Shown one piece after another: positions 11,743 through 25,330 of a DNA stretch of 62,553 nucleotides. How positions within the stretch are numbered: the stretch's first letter is position 1; each line of letters starts with the position of its first letter. Position numbers and translations under genes: made by a program. The notes under the pieces were generated by a model. It did no database searches and was not told where the DNA came from. It saw only the letters and a list, made by a program, of their open reading frames with translations. This stretch comes from Chiloscyllium plagiosum (taxonomy: Eukaryota), in NCBI RefSeq assembly GCF_004010195.1, contig NC_057721.1:15043561-15106113 (forward strand). Direction: 5' to 3'.

Positions 11743-13120
11743 GCATGCATTTGAACAAGACAATAGTCAGTGATTAGCTTAAGACCACTTACTTAATGCT
11801 GCACAGACATAGGATTGACCAAATAGCAAATAAATCCACAGTAGCATGGATTGTCCACAGGGCATTAATAATTGCTTGGAAACCAAGCAAAGAAAGCTCC
11901 CATGGTAGGGCCTACAATTACAATGGAACCAACCAATTAAAATGGATAAAATAAAGGTATTTACATTATGTTTTGCTGTCAGTTTTCTTCAGGAGACTTT
12001 TGGATTCATCATAGGAGTGGGATTGGATGGGAAAATAAATCATGTTGAATGGTTTTCTTTTCAGGATGAAATATTACTTTCATTTACCTTCCAAGTAGCT
12101 GACATTCTGCGGGACTTTTGACTCTAGATCTTAAGGGACAATTGACAGAAAGCTATACAGATTTAAAAGCTTAAAAATTAACATAGTCACAGCTTGCATT
12201 ACACAGTTTTTTTTGCAATACCTACAACATTATAGTTTTTACTAATGAGAGAAATGCTCGTTTATATTCTTATTGCCATACGGTACAGGAAATTCCAGCT
12301 TCCTCACTGAAGCTTAATTGCTCCCATCAGAGTTAAAAGTGAAAATTAACTTCCTGTAAACAACGAGTTCTTTCTCTAATAAGCTTTGGTCTGTTTAGAT
12401 ACAGTGATTCCACGATCAATTTTTTAAAAACATTATCAGAATTTGGGTATGGCTAGCATCCTTCATTAAACTTTAGGGGGTAGTGGATGTACATTTTTAA
12501 TATAAAAAAAACAACTGAGTAACTTGTTAGGCTTCTTCAGAGAAACGTTGAGATTCATAGACTTTCAAAACAGTTACAGTATAAAAAGAGAATCCATTTG
12601 CACATTGTGTCCAGGCTGGTTGTCAAGTAGTTCAGCATGGTTCTCCCTTAAAGTGACTTGCCTGTAATTACTGACCTTATCCGAACAAACACTTTGTTTA
12701 ACCAATGGTGTCCTAAATGCAAATCCTTACTCCTTTGGCTCCAACCCATGCTTGAGAAGGTTTAGAGGAATATAGCCCCCTGAATTCCTTCCTTTCTTCC
12801 TTTAGTATTTCCCAGGTGCATCTGATCCAATCCTGGGCATAGCAGCCAGTCTATAAAATATCGTCCCAATCATTAAATCTGTTCAGGCTAATTGGCAGGG
12901 AAACCCAGGGGTCAGATGCAAATAAGTCAATTTTACAAAAAAAAACCTTTGACCAATCCATTGAACTTATTTCAGTGTTCCCTCTATATTAACACCGATA
13001 CCCCCCACTCACCAGTTGGGATCCCCACCCTCAACCTCTGTCACCCGTGCAGAAAGTGCAATGATGGCTCCCTGGGTTGTTTTCCATTGCACTATTTGGG
13101 GGGGCACTGCAAGGGTGACA

Positions 13121-13966
13121 GTCGATAGAGAGTGGAGCTGGAAAAAGCACAGTCAAACAGCTGAGGAGGAGGGATTCAGTGTTTCAGGTGGGAAGCTTTC
13201 ATCAGGACTGGGGGACAGATAGGGAAGGGGGCTGCGAAATAAATAAAGAGGGGGTGGGGCTGACAGAAAAGGTGGGTGGGTTGGTGATAAGAGGTGGCTG
13301 TGATTGGTCAGTGGGAAGTGTGGAGTGGGTAGGTGGGAAGGAAGACGGACAGATAGGGTCAGGTTAAGGGGGTGGGTCAGGTGGAGAGAGAGGGCTGGGG
13401 GAAAGGTGGGTGGATGCAGGTAGAAGGTGGCTGTGATTGGTCAGTGGGAAGGGTAGAACAGATAGGTGGGAAGGAAGAAGGACAGGCAGGGTCAAGTTAA
13501 AGGGGTAGGGTGGAGGAGGAGAGCTAGGTCAGGGGTGATTTGGAAACTGGTGAATTCTCTATTAAGGCCATGTGGTTGTGAGTTCCTGAGGCAGGAGATT
13601 AGGTGGCCTTGTGTTGACAGTGGAGAAGGCCCAGAATGGACATGTCGTCAGGGGAGTGGGAGGGGAAATTGAAATGGCAGGCACCAAAAGGTGGAGTTGA
13701 TTGGAGTGTACAGACACTTCCCACTGATCAATCACAGCCACCTCCAACTCCATCCTATTCCTATTCTATTCCACCCACCTTTCCTCCAGCCTGACCCGCC
13801 CATTTATTTCGTAGCCCCCTTTCCCTCCTCCAGTCCTGATGAAAGGTTCCGACCTGAAACACTGACTTCCATCCTCCTCTGATGCTACTTGACCTGTCGT
13901 GCTTTTTCTAACTCAACTCTCTATCCACTTTGACTTTCCAGCATCTTCAGTTCTCACTATCTCCAA
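13121..13966. mobile_element. PLE with inverted pLTRs (5'-inverted insertion)
   Basis: Perfect 15-bp TSD actgcaagggtgaca at 13106-13120 and 13967-13981. Hammerhead motifs at 13174-13209 (-) and 13832-13867 (+). Internal ~125 bp tandem repeat. Confidence 0.9.
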
Positions 13967-15100
13967 ACTGCAAGGGTGACAACTGATGGATTGTGGAGTT
14001 GGGGAGCAAAGGTAGTAACTGTCCTGCTGAGTAATAAGAAGACCATACGCCACCACCTTGTTAGAACATGATGTGATGACTGGCTACGAGCTACTTCTGA
14101 CTAGGCCAGAGTGCTGCTATCTATCAGCTTCCCTATGCAAACATAGTGGGTTGTTCTATAATCTGTGGTGGACGAGAGACCACTAACAAGTCTCAGCAAG
14201 AAAGATTCCTGTCCGAGATAACATGATTCACTTTATGACATCTCAATAATGATACATGGGTTACATTAACGTTTAGGCACATTGACCATTGCTACTTAGA
14301 GGGAGGTCGGTTCTCCATCAGAAGTTCATGCTGTTTCTCCATCTGCTCAGTGCTCCACACCATTGCTTAGCAGAGCTCCAACTTAGCTCCTAGACTAATC
14401 CTTTCATAATTATTATTTTATGCAACAGCACCAAGTCTGTCTAGTTTCTACTGATGCTGGAGCTCTATGAAACTGTTTGATTGGGTAGCCATGGGGAATA
14501 TATTTACTTGTGAGGGTCAACCAAAACAAAGTGTCATAAATATAGAGTTACCACCAATAAATTCAATGGGGAATACAGGATCAATTCCTTCCAGTCAATG
14601 TGGGAAAATGTGGATCTATGGAGTCGTAAAAGGAGTAGCATAGATGTATATAGGATAGAGAGGACTAAAAGATTCTTAAGCTCAAACTTTGTAGACGCAG
14701 TATTTGTATGGATGTTTCCATTCAATTTCTGGTGATGGCCACAATATCCTGTTTCTGTGTAGCTATCTTCATCAGCAATTCACCAATTTCATTTTAATAC
14801 ACCGTGTTCACATAGATATGCTTGAACCCTAATTTCTGGTCAATGGTAAGCCCCAGGATGTTGACAGTGGGGGAATTCAATGATAGCAAAGCCATTGAAT
14901 GTTAAAGGAAGATGATTTGGCTCATAGAAAGTTGATTGTGCATCCTGGTTCAGCTATTTATCCCATTTGTCACTCTGCCACTGGTCAGCAAATGCACTGC
15001 TTATTCAAATACAAAAGTTGATGATGTTGACAGAATTTCAATGTGTAACAATATTAATGAACAGATGTTCAAAGGCTACATGCTGCCACAAACACATTTG

Positions 15101-16066
15101 GTTAGAGACAAAAAAAACTGCAGATGCTGGAATCCAAGGTAGACAAGCAGGAGGCTAGGGGAACACAGCAAGCCAGGCAGCATCAGGAGGTGGAGAAGTC
15201 AACGTTTCAGGTGTAACCCTTCTTCAGGACTGGGGGTGGGTGCAGAGCTGCAGGTAAAGGTGAGTGGGTGTGGTGAGGTGGGATAGGAAAACACAGGTAG
15301 AGGGTAGAGCCTGGTTGGTCAATGGTAGGAATGAATACATTTGGTGGTAGGGAGCAGTGGAAGGGATAGGCAGGAGCTAGTCGGGGGAAGGGAAGGGAGA
15401 TTATTTGAAATTGGAGAACTCAGTGTTAAGTCCTCTGCGCTGTAGGCTGCCCAGGTGGAAGATGAGGTGTTGTTCCTCCAATTTGCAGTCTGATTTGTTG
15501 TGGCAATGGAGGAGGCCAATGATGGTCATGCCAGAAAGGGATCGGTATGGGGAATTAAAATGAGCAGTGACTGTAAGGTCCGGTCAGCCCCTGTGGCCTG
15601 GCTGAGGTGCTCGGTAAACCGTTCTTTAAATTTATATTTGGTCTTCCCGATGTAGAGAAGACCACACTGGGAGCACCTGATGCAGTAAACTAGGTTGGAA
15701 TAGAGGCAAGTGAATTTCTGTCCCACCTGGAAGGACTGTTTGGGGCCTTGGATGCAGGTGAGGGGGAGGTGGTGTACTGGCCAGTTTTGCATCTTTCCCA
15801 GTTGCAGGGGAAGGTACCTGGGGGTTCGGGGGTAGACTGACGCAAATCAATGACGATCAAAGGGAAAAGGCAGAGAGGGGTGAGGAGAGGAAGATGTTCC
15901 TGGTGGGGTCTAGCTGGAGTTGGCAGAAGTATTTAAGGATAATGGGTTGGATGCAGAGACTGATGGGGTGGTAGGTGAGGACAAGGAGGATCCTGTCTTT
16001 ATTGCTTTTAGTGGAGGGAGGAGGTCTTAGAGCAGTGGAATGGAATGGAGGAGGTGTGATGGAGGG
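15101..16066 (-). mobile_element. Neptune-type Penelope-like element, 5'-truncated (linker + GIY-YIG + pLTR)
   Basis: NKDRILLVLTYHP, Cys-linker GTFPCNWERCKT, and FTCLYSNLVYCIRCSQCGLLYIGKT (VY...YIG). Frameshifted. Confidence 0.92.
15197..15231 (-). ncRNA. Minimal type I hammerhead ribozyme motif (GUU site)
   Basis: AGTC-CTGAAGA-A-GGGT.TAC.ACCT-GAAA-CG-TT-GACT. Stem I is AGTC/GACT and stem III is the palindrome ACGT. Confidence 0.8.
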
Positions 16067-16539
16067 CATAAATCATTCGCTTTAAATCGTCCTGTCTTAG
16101 AATAATTCAGTGCCCTTGTGAACAGTTCTATTTTATTCTTAAGAAAAGCTTTTTCTTCTTTTTTTCAGGGGTGAAAGACCACAAGCTTCGACACCTCAGA
16201 GACCAACACACCTCTTCTGGATCCTTCTTCCCCCTTATCTTCCCTGTGAAACACATCCTTTCTTGCAATGCCCTGGCTCACTATGTTTCACTATCCCCTC
16301 TGATCCTGGATAGTTAGGCTTCAGCAAAGACCTCACTTGCATCCCCTTTTACTTTTATCTCTACAAAATTTGGCTTGGCATAACTCAGTTCTTTCTGCAT
16401 CACTACTACCAACATGCAAGCTCATTTCTCTGGTCAGGGTGTGTGTCCCATAATACACCCACTATCTCTCACGTTCAAAGATTCTCATTCCACTTGAACC
16501 CTTCCTCTGAACTCATATCAACTGACCCTGAACTATCTT

Positions 16540-17270
16540 CAGCAGCTTCATAATGTTATAATGTGAGAAATGGGATTTTCACTGCTGGTTACAGAAGAAT
16601 CAGCACCATTCATGCCTCTTCAGATACTGAAGCAGTCTAAAGCCAAATGCAACAAGATCTGGACAACATCCATGTCTGGGATGATGTGTGGTAGGTAACA
16701 TCCACACCACACAAGTACCAGGAAATAACCATCTTCAACAAAAGAAAATCAACCATAACATTCAATGGCATTGCTATCACTGAATCCCTTGCCATCAACA
16801 TCTTGGGGCTTCCCATTGATCAAAAAGTGAATGGAAACATCCAGATCAATATTGTGGCTACAAAATCTGAGGTTAAGAATTTTTTCGGCGAGAACCTCAC
16901 TTCCTGGCTCCCCAAAGCCTGTCCACCATCTAAAAATCACAGGTCAGGAGTGCAGTGTAATACTGTCCACTTTCCTGGCTAAATGCAGCTGCAACAGCAT
17001 TCCAGAGACTTGGAACCATCCAGATCAAAGCAACCTGTATATTTGGCACCCCGTCTACAACATTCATCAGTCACACTTTCCAACTCCAATGCACTGTGGC
17101 CACAGAGATGCACTACAGCAATTGGCCATGGCTCCTTTCAAAGTACCAACTAGAAGGACAATACACCAGATGCCTGGTAGCGCTACCAATTTCATGTACC
17201 CCTCCAAGCTACTTAGCATCCTTCACTGTCATTATGACAAAATCCTTGAACATCGTCCCTGCCAGCATTG
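16540..17270 (+). mobile_element. CR1-like LINE RT/C-terminal relic
   Basis: MQQDLDNIHVWDDVW*VTSTPHK resembles the RT domain-6 region. A small minus-strand homologue lies at ~14825-14915. Confidence 0.7.
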
Positions 17271-18462
17271 CAATCAGCCAATTCAATAATGGTGCAGTAA
17301 AAACAAGACTGTTGTCCTGTTAGATCATAACATGTTGTCAGAGTGGAGCTGAGATGTTTAATAACTTAATACAAGTACAGCAACTAAAAGAAGAACACAG
17401 GGATGTTAAAAACTGCCACAGAATTTGCAGAAAAACAAAGAAACAGGTCACAATGAAAGCAATGGATAAGAACCATTGGCTAAAATCTTTCCTCTTCCAA
17501 CACCTATCAAAATGAAAGATGACGTGTCATAACAATGAATCATAACCGTGGATTACTCATTGACATATTGAATGTTTAATTTGAAAATTTACTTAAAAAT
17601 ATACAAAAATGACTGAATGATAAATTCCTGTGTAACCCCATGGAATGTTACACCTGTAGAATTATAGGTGAAGGTCAAAGAAAGGGACTTAAAGGGAAGA
17701 GATAAAGATGGGCTGTCTTCCATTTCATGCAGATTATGCCTCAAGTGGCTCTTACCTGATCCAATACCTCTGCAAAAGAATGTTTTACAGGCTACAGGGA
17801 TATCATTGGAGCATAGCATATAAACAAGGAAAACAGGTGAATGTCACTTCAATACCTTCAAGAGTAACATCTCAATGAAGGTGATAAAGGATACTACAAT
17901 GGAGTGTAACATTTTCCACATCCAGTTTGAATAAAGTAAATCCACATGCTCTGGAAGTCATCAATCCAGCATGAGGTATTGAGTGTAACAGACACCTTGC
18001 TCAAATCAAGTGAACTGTCCAACAAGGAGCAACTCTGCAAGAAGCAGTGACAGTACAATGGCCTGAAAGCTTCAAGTATACACCTGTGGTCACAATACAT
18101 AGAGAGATTAATTCACAGCTCAAGATGGCGTAATGTACAAAGGAAAGTGAATCATTGTCTGTCAGGGATTGTTGAGAGAGATGCTAAAATGCATCATGAA
18201 AGCTACCCAAGGTCTGAATGATCCTGAGGAAGGCAAGAGAAACCCTTTGCTGGCCAAACATGAGCAATTAAATCACAGACCTCCATCAGTCAGTGCAGTG
18301 CTTGTAGTGAGCACAAAGCTACTCAAGTTATAGAGTCACTGATGACACATGACATCCTGGAGAGGCTTTGGAAGAAGTAGGGAGTAGACAGGAAGCTATT
18401 ATATTATCAGGATAGACTCCTTTTCTGACCACTGGGAGATAGGCCAGCTGATTTCAACAGAT

Positions 18463-18706
18463 TGTGTGGAGTTTGCACATTTTCCCTGTGTCTGCGTGGA
18501 TTTCCTCCAGGTGCTCCGGTTTCCTCCCACAGTCCAAAGATGTGCAGGTTAGATCAATTGGCCATGCTAAATTGCCCATAGTGTTATATCAATTAGTCAG
18601 AGGGAAATGGGTCTGGGTGGGTTACTCTTTGGAGGGTGAGTGTGGACTAGTTGGGCCAAAGGGCCTGTTTCCACTCTGTAGGGAATCTAATCTAATCTAA
18701 TCTAAT
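18463..18706 (+). mobile_element. 5'-truncated HE1 SINE inserted in the Gypsy integrase
   Basis: V-domain plus (taatc)n tail. Confidence 0.9.
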
Positions 18707-19073
18707 TACCCATGAGCTTGTAGAATTCCTGAAAGCACACTTCAACTATTACAACATTCCAGGCATTATAAGTGACAGGGACCCTCAGTGCCTGAGTGAA
18801 GAATCCAGCCTCTATGAACGTTCCATAGTGTTATATCAATTAGTCAGAGGGAAATGGGTCTGGGTGGGTTACTCTTTGGAGGGTGAGCGTGGACTAGTTG
18901 GGCCAAAGGGCCTGTTTCCACTCTGTAGGGAATCTAATCTAATCTAATCTAATCTAATTACCCATGAGTTTGTAGAATTCCTGAAAGCACACTTCAACTT
19001 TACAACATTCCAGGCATTATAAGTGACAGGGACCCTCAGTGCCTGAGTGAAGAATCCAGCCTCTATGAATGTT
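18576..19073. repeat. Tandem duplication, ~250 bp units (18576-18822 / 18823-19073)
   Basis: Near-identical units spanning the SINE tail and integrase flank. Confidence 0.95.
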
Positions 19074-19724
19074 TGGGCATTCAACATCACACATCCTCTC
19101 TGCATTACTATCACTCAAAAAGAAAAGCAGAGACAACAGTGAAACTCATCAATGGAGTCATTAAGAAATTGAGAGAATTCAGCATAGAATGTACAGATGA
19201 CAATCTTCAAGTGGCAAAACATGTCTACCTATGGCATGTAAATTAGTCTGTATGAAGACTAATTAAGAAACTAACACCACACCCAAGCTACTCTTCCAAT
19301 TACATAAAGCTACTGATGCTCATCGTGGTAAACTACCAGGTTGGCTCCTCAGAGAGAAGGTTGGTCATATGAGATAAAAGTGGATCAACTGATCCTGTAT
19401 TTGTTGAATTTTGGAAGAATGAGAGGGGACCTCAGTGAAGCGTATAAAACTCTAATGGAGCTGGACAGTCTGGATACAGGAATGATGATTTAGCTCTCAG
19501 CCAGTCTTAAACACAGCTGTCCCAGGCAGGGCTGGTCAACTTAATGGAACAATTCCCAGTTCGAGTTGAAATATTGGACAAAAACAGCTACAGAATTCAA
19601 ACAATCCTTTTGAACGCTTATTCTTTCTTTAATTTTCACATTAGGAAATAAACTCAAGTTCTGCTTTAGCAGGATTTGGAACATTTTCCTCCTACACATT
19701 TGTCAGAATTGCAGTATGTACAAA

Positions 19725-20330
19725 GGAACATAAGCAGGCCACTCAGCCCCTCAAGATAGCTCCACCATTCAATAAAATCACATCTGCTTTGTGGCCAAAA
19801 TCCATATGCCTTGATACACTTGCTAAATAATATTGGTCTATCACAGATTTAAATTTGACAAATGAATTACCATTGACTGTTATTTGCGGAAGAGAATTTC
19901 AAACTTCCACTATTCTATGTATGTTGACGTGCTTTCTAACATGTTTCCTGTTAGCCTAGCTCTAATTCTTTAGACTATACCAACCTGGTTCTAGAGTTTT
20001 CAACCAGTGGAACTCTCTCTATTGACCCTGCTTTTCCCTGTTAACATCTTGCAGACCACAATTAGATCACCACTTAATCTTCTAAATTATGAAGAGCCAT
20101 ACAGCATGGAAGCAGACTCTTGGGTCCAACTCATCCATGCCAACCATGTTTCCCAAACTAAACTAGTCCCATTTGCCTGTGTTTGGCCCATATCCCTCTA
20201 AACCTTTCCCATTCATGTACCTGTCCAAATGTCTTTTAAATGTTGTAACTGTTACCTATATTTCCTCTAGCAGTTCATTTCATATTCAAGAGAATGAAGG
20301 CTTAATTTCTCTATTCTCTTCGCATAACTC
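19725..20330 (-). mobile_element. Old CR1 3' fragment with a nested HER1 3' end (~20093-20286)
   Basis: aacataagcaggccactcagcccctc tail, then gagccatacagcatggaagcagac insert. Confidence 0.7.
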
Positions 20331-21107
20331 CTGAAGTCCATGAAATACTGTTCATAATGTCTTGAGCTAAACTAGTTTTGATGTAATAAATCTGTCATTG
20401 AGATTTATGCAAAAGAACACCTTCAAAAGTCCCTTATAGGTCACCAACATCATAATTCTCCAGATATCCACAGTGGAAAATTCTAATCTCCTGAAGGTCC
20501 ATCCCCTTCTGTAATTTCCAAGTAGCAGTTTAGTGGTAGTAAAATTATACACAAGGCAGACATTGTACACTGTGAATTCATTAGACATAGGAGTACAGGT
20601 AATCAATTCAACCCATTGAACCTACTCCACCATTCAATGAAATCATGGCTGATGTGATAATCCTCAACTCCACTGTCTTGACATCTTGCTTGACATCTAT
20701 AATTTTTGATTTCCTTACTAATTAGTTCTATGGTGTCTACCATCTTCAGATAATATTCAAAAGCAGGTTCCATGTCATACTGGATTCTTCCCATTTCAAG
20801 AGTTTTCCCTACACTTGCCGAACACTGAACTAGGGACTTTCATTTTGAATTAAAGCTTTGGAAGGAAGTGATCGCCATCTCAAAATCATTTTAAGTGGCA
20901 TCATGACAACTGGGCGTTCCTGTGACTTTTGGGATGCCAAATCAGGATCGAACAGAGATCCTCACTCTGTACTTCACAGCAGCAAAAGCCAATTAGCATT
21001 AGTTCAGGAGGCAGATTCCTAATGTCCTGCCTTTGTGCTAACCATAACAATCAGTGATGGGTGGCTGGAGAGATGAGATAAAATGGGCTATGCTGAGGTA
21101 GACCTGC

Positions 21108-21423
21108 TAGATTAGATTACATTACATTACAGTGTGGAAAAGGCCCTTCGGCCCAACAAATCCACATCGACCCGCCGAAGCGCAACCCACCCATACCCCT
21201 ACATTTACCCCTTACCTAACACTGCGGGCAATTTAGCATGGCCAATTCACCTTACCTGCACATCTTTGGACTGTGGGAGGAAACCGGAGCACCCGGAGGA
21301 AACACACGCAGACACAGGGAGAACGTGCAAACTCCACACAGTCAGTCGCCTGAGGCGGGAATTGAACCCGGGTCTCTGGCTCTGTGAGGCAGCAGTGCTA
21401 ACCACTGTGCCACCGTGCCACCC
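21108..21423 (-). mobile_element. Full-length young HE1 SINE
   Basis: Close reverse complement of 50092-50413. A/B boxes, V-domain and microsatellite tail present. Confidence 0.95.
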
Positions 21424-22489
21424 ACTAAATATGGCACCCCAGGCTACACTGCAATGCAGAAACATGCAATATCCAAGCCAGCAGGGCAATAAGGGAATCC
21501 CTACTGCTGGAGCAGATTCAGCAATAATTGCAGCTTTTTGTGCTCATCGATGAGGCATGGAGCCTCATCGCTCAGATGTGACTGTAGCCTCCTACAGGAA
21601 GGCTGTCCCTACTGAGCTGGCATCCTCTATCCAGGGCTGGTTTTGGCAAGCGTGGTGGGCTTTTGGATTGGCAATCTCTTTATTGCGGCACAGGGCATCC
21701 AATCCTGATGGTCCAACCGGGGGCTGTTTTTACAGAGCTGGAAAGCTACTCAAACACAGTGCAGGGTAGTGCACACTAATGGCTGGAATACCTTAACTTC
21801 ACCAGAAAATCACGTGTAATTCAGCCCAAAGCGGTCTAAATTAGCTGCCTTTCTCTTTGGAATAGGTGTCCATCTTCCTCCCCCAAACTCCCCTGTACGG
21901 GAAGCAACCCCAGTCCATGCTGCTTCTCTGTAGGTGAATCAAATTGGTTCCATTTCTCTCCTCTGTCATTGTAGCCTTATACATTTATTTCCCTCAAGTC
22001 TCCATCCATTTTCCTTTAAATATCACTAATCAGCCATGATTGAATGGTAGTGCAAATTTGACAGGCTGAATAGCCTAATTCTGCTCCTAAATCTTATGAT
22101 CTTATAATCATTTCCACTTCTCCAAACTCAAGGACAGTGAAATCTATGCCAGTATCATTTGCTGCATGAAATCTTAAATCTGTCTCCTCTTGTCCTCGTC
22201 ATCAGCAAATGGGAACAACTTTCTATTCTCTACTTTATTTAATGTTGTCACAATTTTGTAAAGCCCTGTCAAATTTGCTATCAATCTCCCTTGTTCCAAG
22301 GAGAATACCTCTAGCTTTCCAACTTAAGCTAGAATTCCTCAATCCTGGAACCATTTTGGCAAATTTTCTTGGTATCCTCTTGAGAACCCTCACATCTTCA
22401 TTGGACAACTCTGCGTAAAACTAATTCTTTCAACTTCCACCCAGATATTTTGCCAATTATTTATTAACTAAGTTGATTCTGGAGTTGAG

Positions 22490-22955
22490 AAGGTTGGGTG
22501 ATGAGGAGAGATTGAGTAGACTGGGACTATACTCATTGGAATTTAGAAGAATAAAGGGTTGATGGTGGGGGGATATTATTAGAAAAATAAGATTTTGAAG
22601 GGAATAGATAAGATAAAAGCAGGAAGGTAGTTTTCATTGGTAGGTGAAACTAGAACTGGGGGAATAGCCTCAAAATAACAGGAGACAGATTGAGGGCTGT
22701 GCTGAGGAGGAACTTCTTCTGCCAAAGTGTTGTGAGTCCATGGAATTCCCTGCCCAGTGAAGCAGTTGAGGCTACCTCGTTGAATGCTTTTAAGGCAAAG
22801 TGAGAGAAATGTTTGAGCAGTAAAAGGTATTAAGGGTTATGGTGAGCAAGTGAGTCAGTGGAGCTGAAGCCATGAAAAGATCAGCCATGATCTTATTAAA
22901 TGGGGCAGCAGACATGAAGGGCCAGGTGGCCTATTCCTGCTCCATTTCTGATGTT
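22490..22955 (+). mobile_element. CR1 LINE 3' fragment
   Basis: EERLSRLGLYSLEFRR and WNSLPSEAVEA motifs; cctattcctgctcc tail. Confidence 0.85.
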
Positions 22956-25199
22956 ATTATTTTAAATCTGTGTTCCCTGCTTATCAGTGGCACAGGTCAT
23001 CTACTCTACCCTATCAATACCCTCTTAATTCAGAATACCTTAAGGATATGCCTACTTTTAGATATTGTTTCAACATTAATTTAAATAGATTCAGTGTATC
23101 TTCTATTTTTGTACTCAATGCCATTATTCATGAGCTCAAGCTCACATATCCTTTGCCATCCATTCTCTCAAAGTACTCTTCCAATTTCAAAAGATTTATG
23201 TAGATAGAAATCCAAATCCCTTTATTCCTGCACACTCTTTAGAACTTTGCCATTAAGTCTATTTTGCCTCCTTAACCCTTCTACTAAAATGCATGTCAAA
23301 ATTCTGTATTAAATTCTGTTACTTGTCTGCCCATTCTGCTTGCCTATCTATGCCCTGTTGCAGTCAATTGATATCATCTTCTGTTTGCTACACTTTCAAA
23401 ATTGATACCATCAGCAAATTGTGGAGGACTGAAGACATGAAAACCACACAGATTAGAGGTAACAGAATGAAATAGAGCTCAGAAGAGAGAAAGACAGTTA
23501 CAGGTTAATTAGACTTTTGTCCATCTGACATGGCAGATGAACCATTAAAAGGGAGAAAAAAAGCTTACGTGGAACAAGTACTTAATTCACTGTACAAGAC
23601 CGTTTCACCAGATTCAGGTCCTCAAGTCCATCTCTTACCCTGTATAGTGCCCTTATTTATCCATGCCCAGGTAAAATAAACATGTCTTCCACAATTATCA
23701 GCACAAAACTATTATTAAGAGACATTTCAGAATTATAGTTCTCCTGGATTTATAACAATGCATCCTTTCCTATGTTCCATTTCATATTGAAAAGAAAATT
23801 AGTTCACTAACTCTATTGAGCTGAGTTTGCTTTCTACCTCTGCATTTTTATCAATGAGTTCATCAGTCTGACAAAACCAGGCATGCATTTCAAGACAGTG
23901 ACTAATGGTTCATATTTTGTATGTCTGATTATTCAGTCAGATATTATTGGTTGTGGAACCGTTTTAAAGAATTTTTCAGTTACTTGTTTGCTAGAATATC
24001 ATGGTATAAATCATATTTACCTCTGTTGGAAGGTGAAATAAATATCGACAATTACAGGGCTTCTAAAGGAATTCCCAAAGAACCCGTAGAGTAGAAACAG
24101 TAGTCAGGTAATTAATCATAAAATTATACAGCAAAGAAAGAGACTATTGGGCTGGTTGTTTGCGTCAACACTCTGAAAGAACTATTCAATTAGTTGCTCC
24201 GGCCTGCACTTTCCCTGGTACCCTGCAAATATTCCCTTTTGGCTACCCAATCTCCTTTAAGGAGTTATGATCAAATCTGAATCGATCAACCTTTCTGGCA
24301 ATATAGTCCAGATCATAACTTGTTGCATAAAAAATCTCAATTCACCCAGGTGTATTGTCATTTATTTTAAATCTAATCCCCTGTTATTGACCAGATTGCC
24401 TGCAGAAACTGTTGCCCTCTATCCACTCTGGTGATCAAGCCAAGTATCCGATTAGTTTCTTTTTTACGGAAGAGTTTTATCAACTGAAGCTGCCACTTTC
24501 AATGACGTATGGCTATGAATCCTCAGGTCTCTGTCTGAATGCCTTATAAAATAGCACCATATAGTTGAAGTTGTCTCTTGTCAATTTTCCTTCCAAAATG
24601 CTGCTCAACAAAGACCATTTATGTTATTATTCAATTTTCTATACCATAATTACTAAACATTTAACTCATCACTCAGTGAAACCGACATTGGTGGATGACA
24701 GTAGATTTGTTCTCGAGTATTAAATGAGCCTGCAGTGTGAATGCATGAAACGGTTACTCTCCTGACTGGTAGCCATGGCAATAGACATTGGGCAATTTCA
24801 TTTCATGATCTGCATTACATGACCCCCACTTGGGATGTCAGTAGATGTCATGATTGAGTTATTTACCACTACTGCAGTATATTGTTCTCTTGCAGATCTA
24901 GTCTAGCGGCAATTGTCACTGGGATTGATTTCTCCCTGCCTTCGCCTTCCCTTTAATGGAGCGGCAACAGCCTCATAATTGAGGTCCACAGCCTTATCAC
25001 CCCATAACATCAGCAATGTGGCCTACTTCCATTGGAAAAGAGTCCCACCAATTCAGTGTTCAAATGCCTAACTAAGACAGGAGATGGGGCCTTTAAAATG
25101 GAACATAAGATCCTAAGGTGTAAACAAGATCTTGATTTTAAAAAAAATTCTTCAAACTGTTTTCATTTCACAGATTGCAGACAAGACTAGCAAGACTAG

Positions 25200-25330
25200 C
25201 TTCTGTTGTTCATCTGTAATTGCCCTTGAACAGAGCGGTTTGCACAGTCCCTTCAGAGGGCTATTAAGAATTAACCAATGTGAATTGCTGGGAATCTGGA
25301 GTGGTATGTTGGCCAGACCAAGTAAGGACG
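25200..25330 (-). mobile_element. Fragment of the bipartite SINE (see 35449-35647)
   Basis: taattgcccttgaac...ggccagaccaagtaagga is reverse-homologous to 35480-35600. Confidence 0.6.

Larger units (their letters stand above)
17330..19320 (+). mobile_element. Highly decayed Gypsy/Ty3 LTR retrotransposon (integrase region)
   Basis: DGVMYKG..., WKKVG, EFLKAHFNYYNIPGIISDRDPQ (cf. ISDNGPQ) and GIQHHTSSLHYYHSKRKAETTVK (cf. TSSPHYPQSNGKAE). The 5' boundary is uncertain. Confidence 0.75.

Noticed and set aside
12330-12370. Overlapping ETS/FOX-like motif aacttcctgtaaacaa
   Set aside because: Short motif expected by chance; no conservation data.
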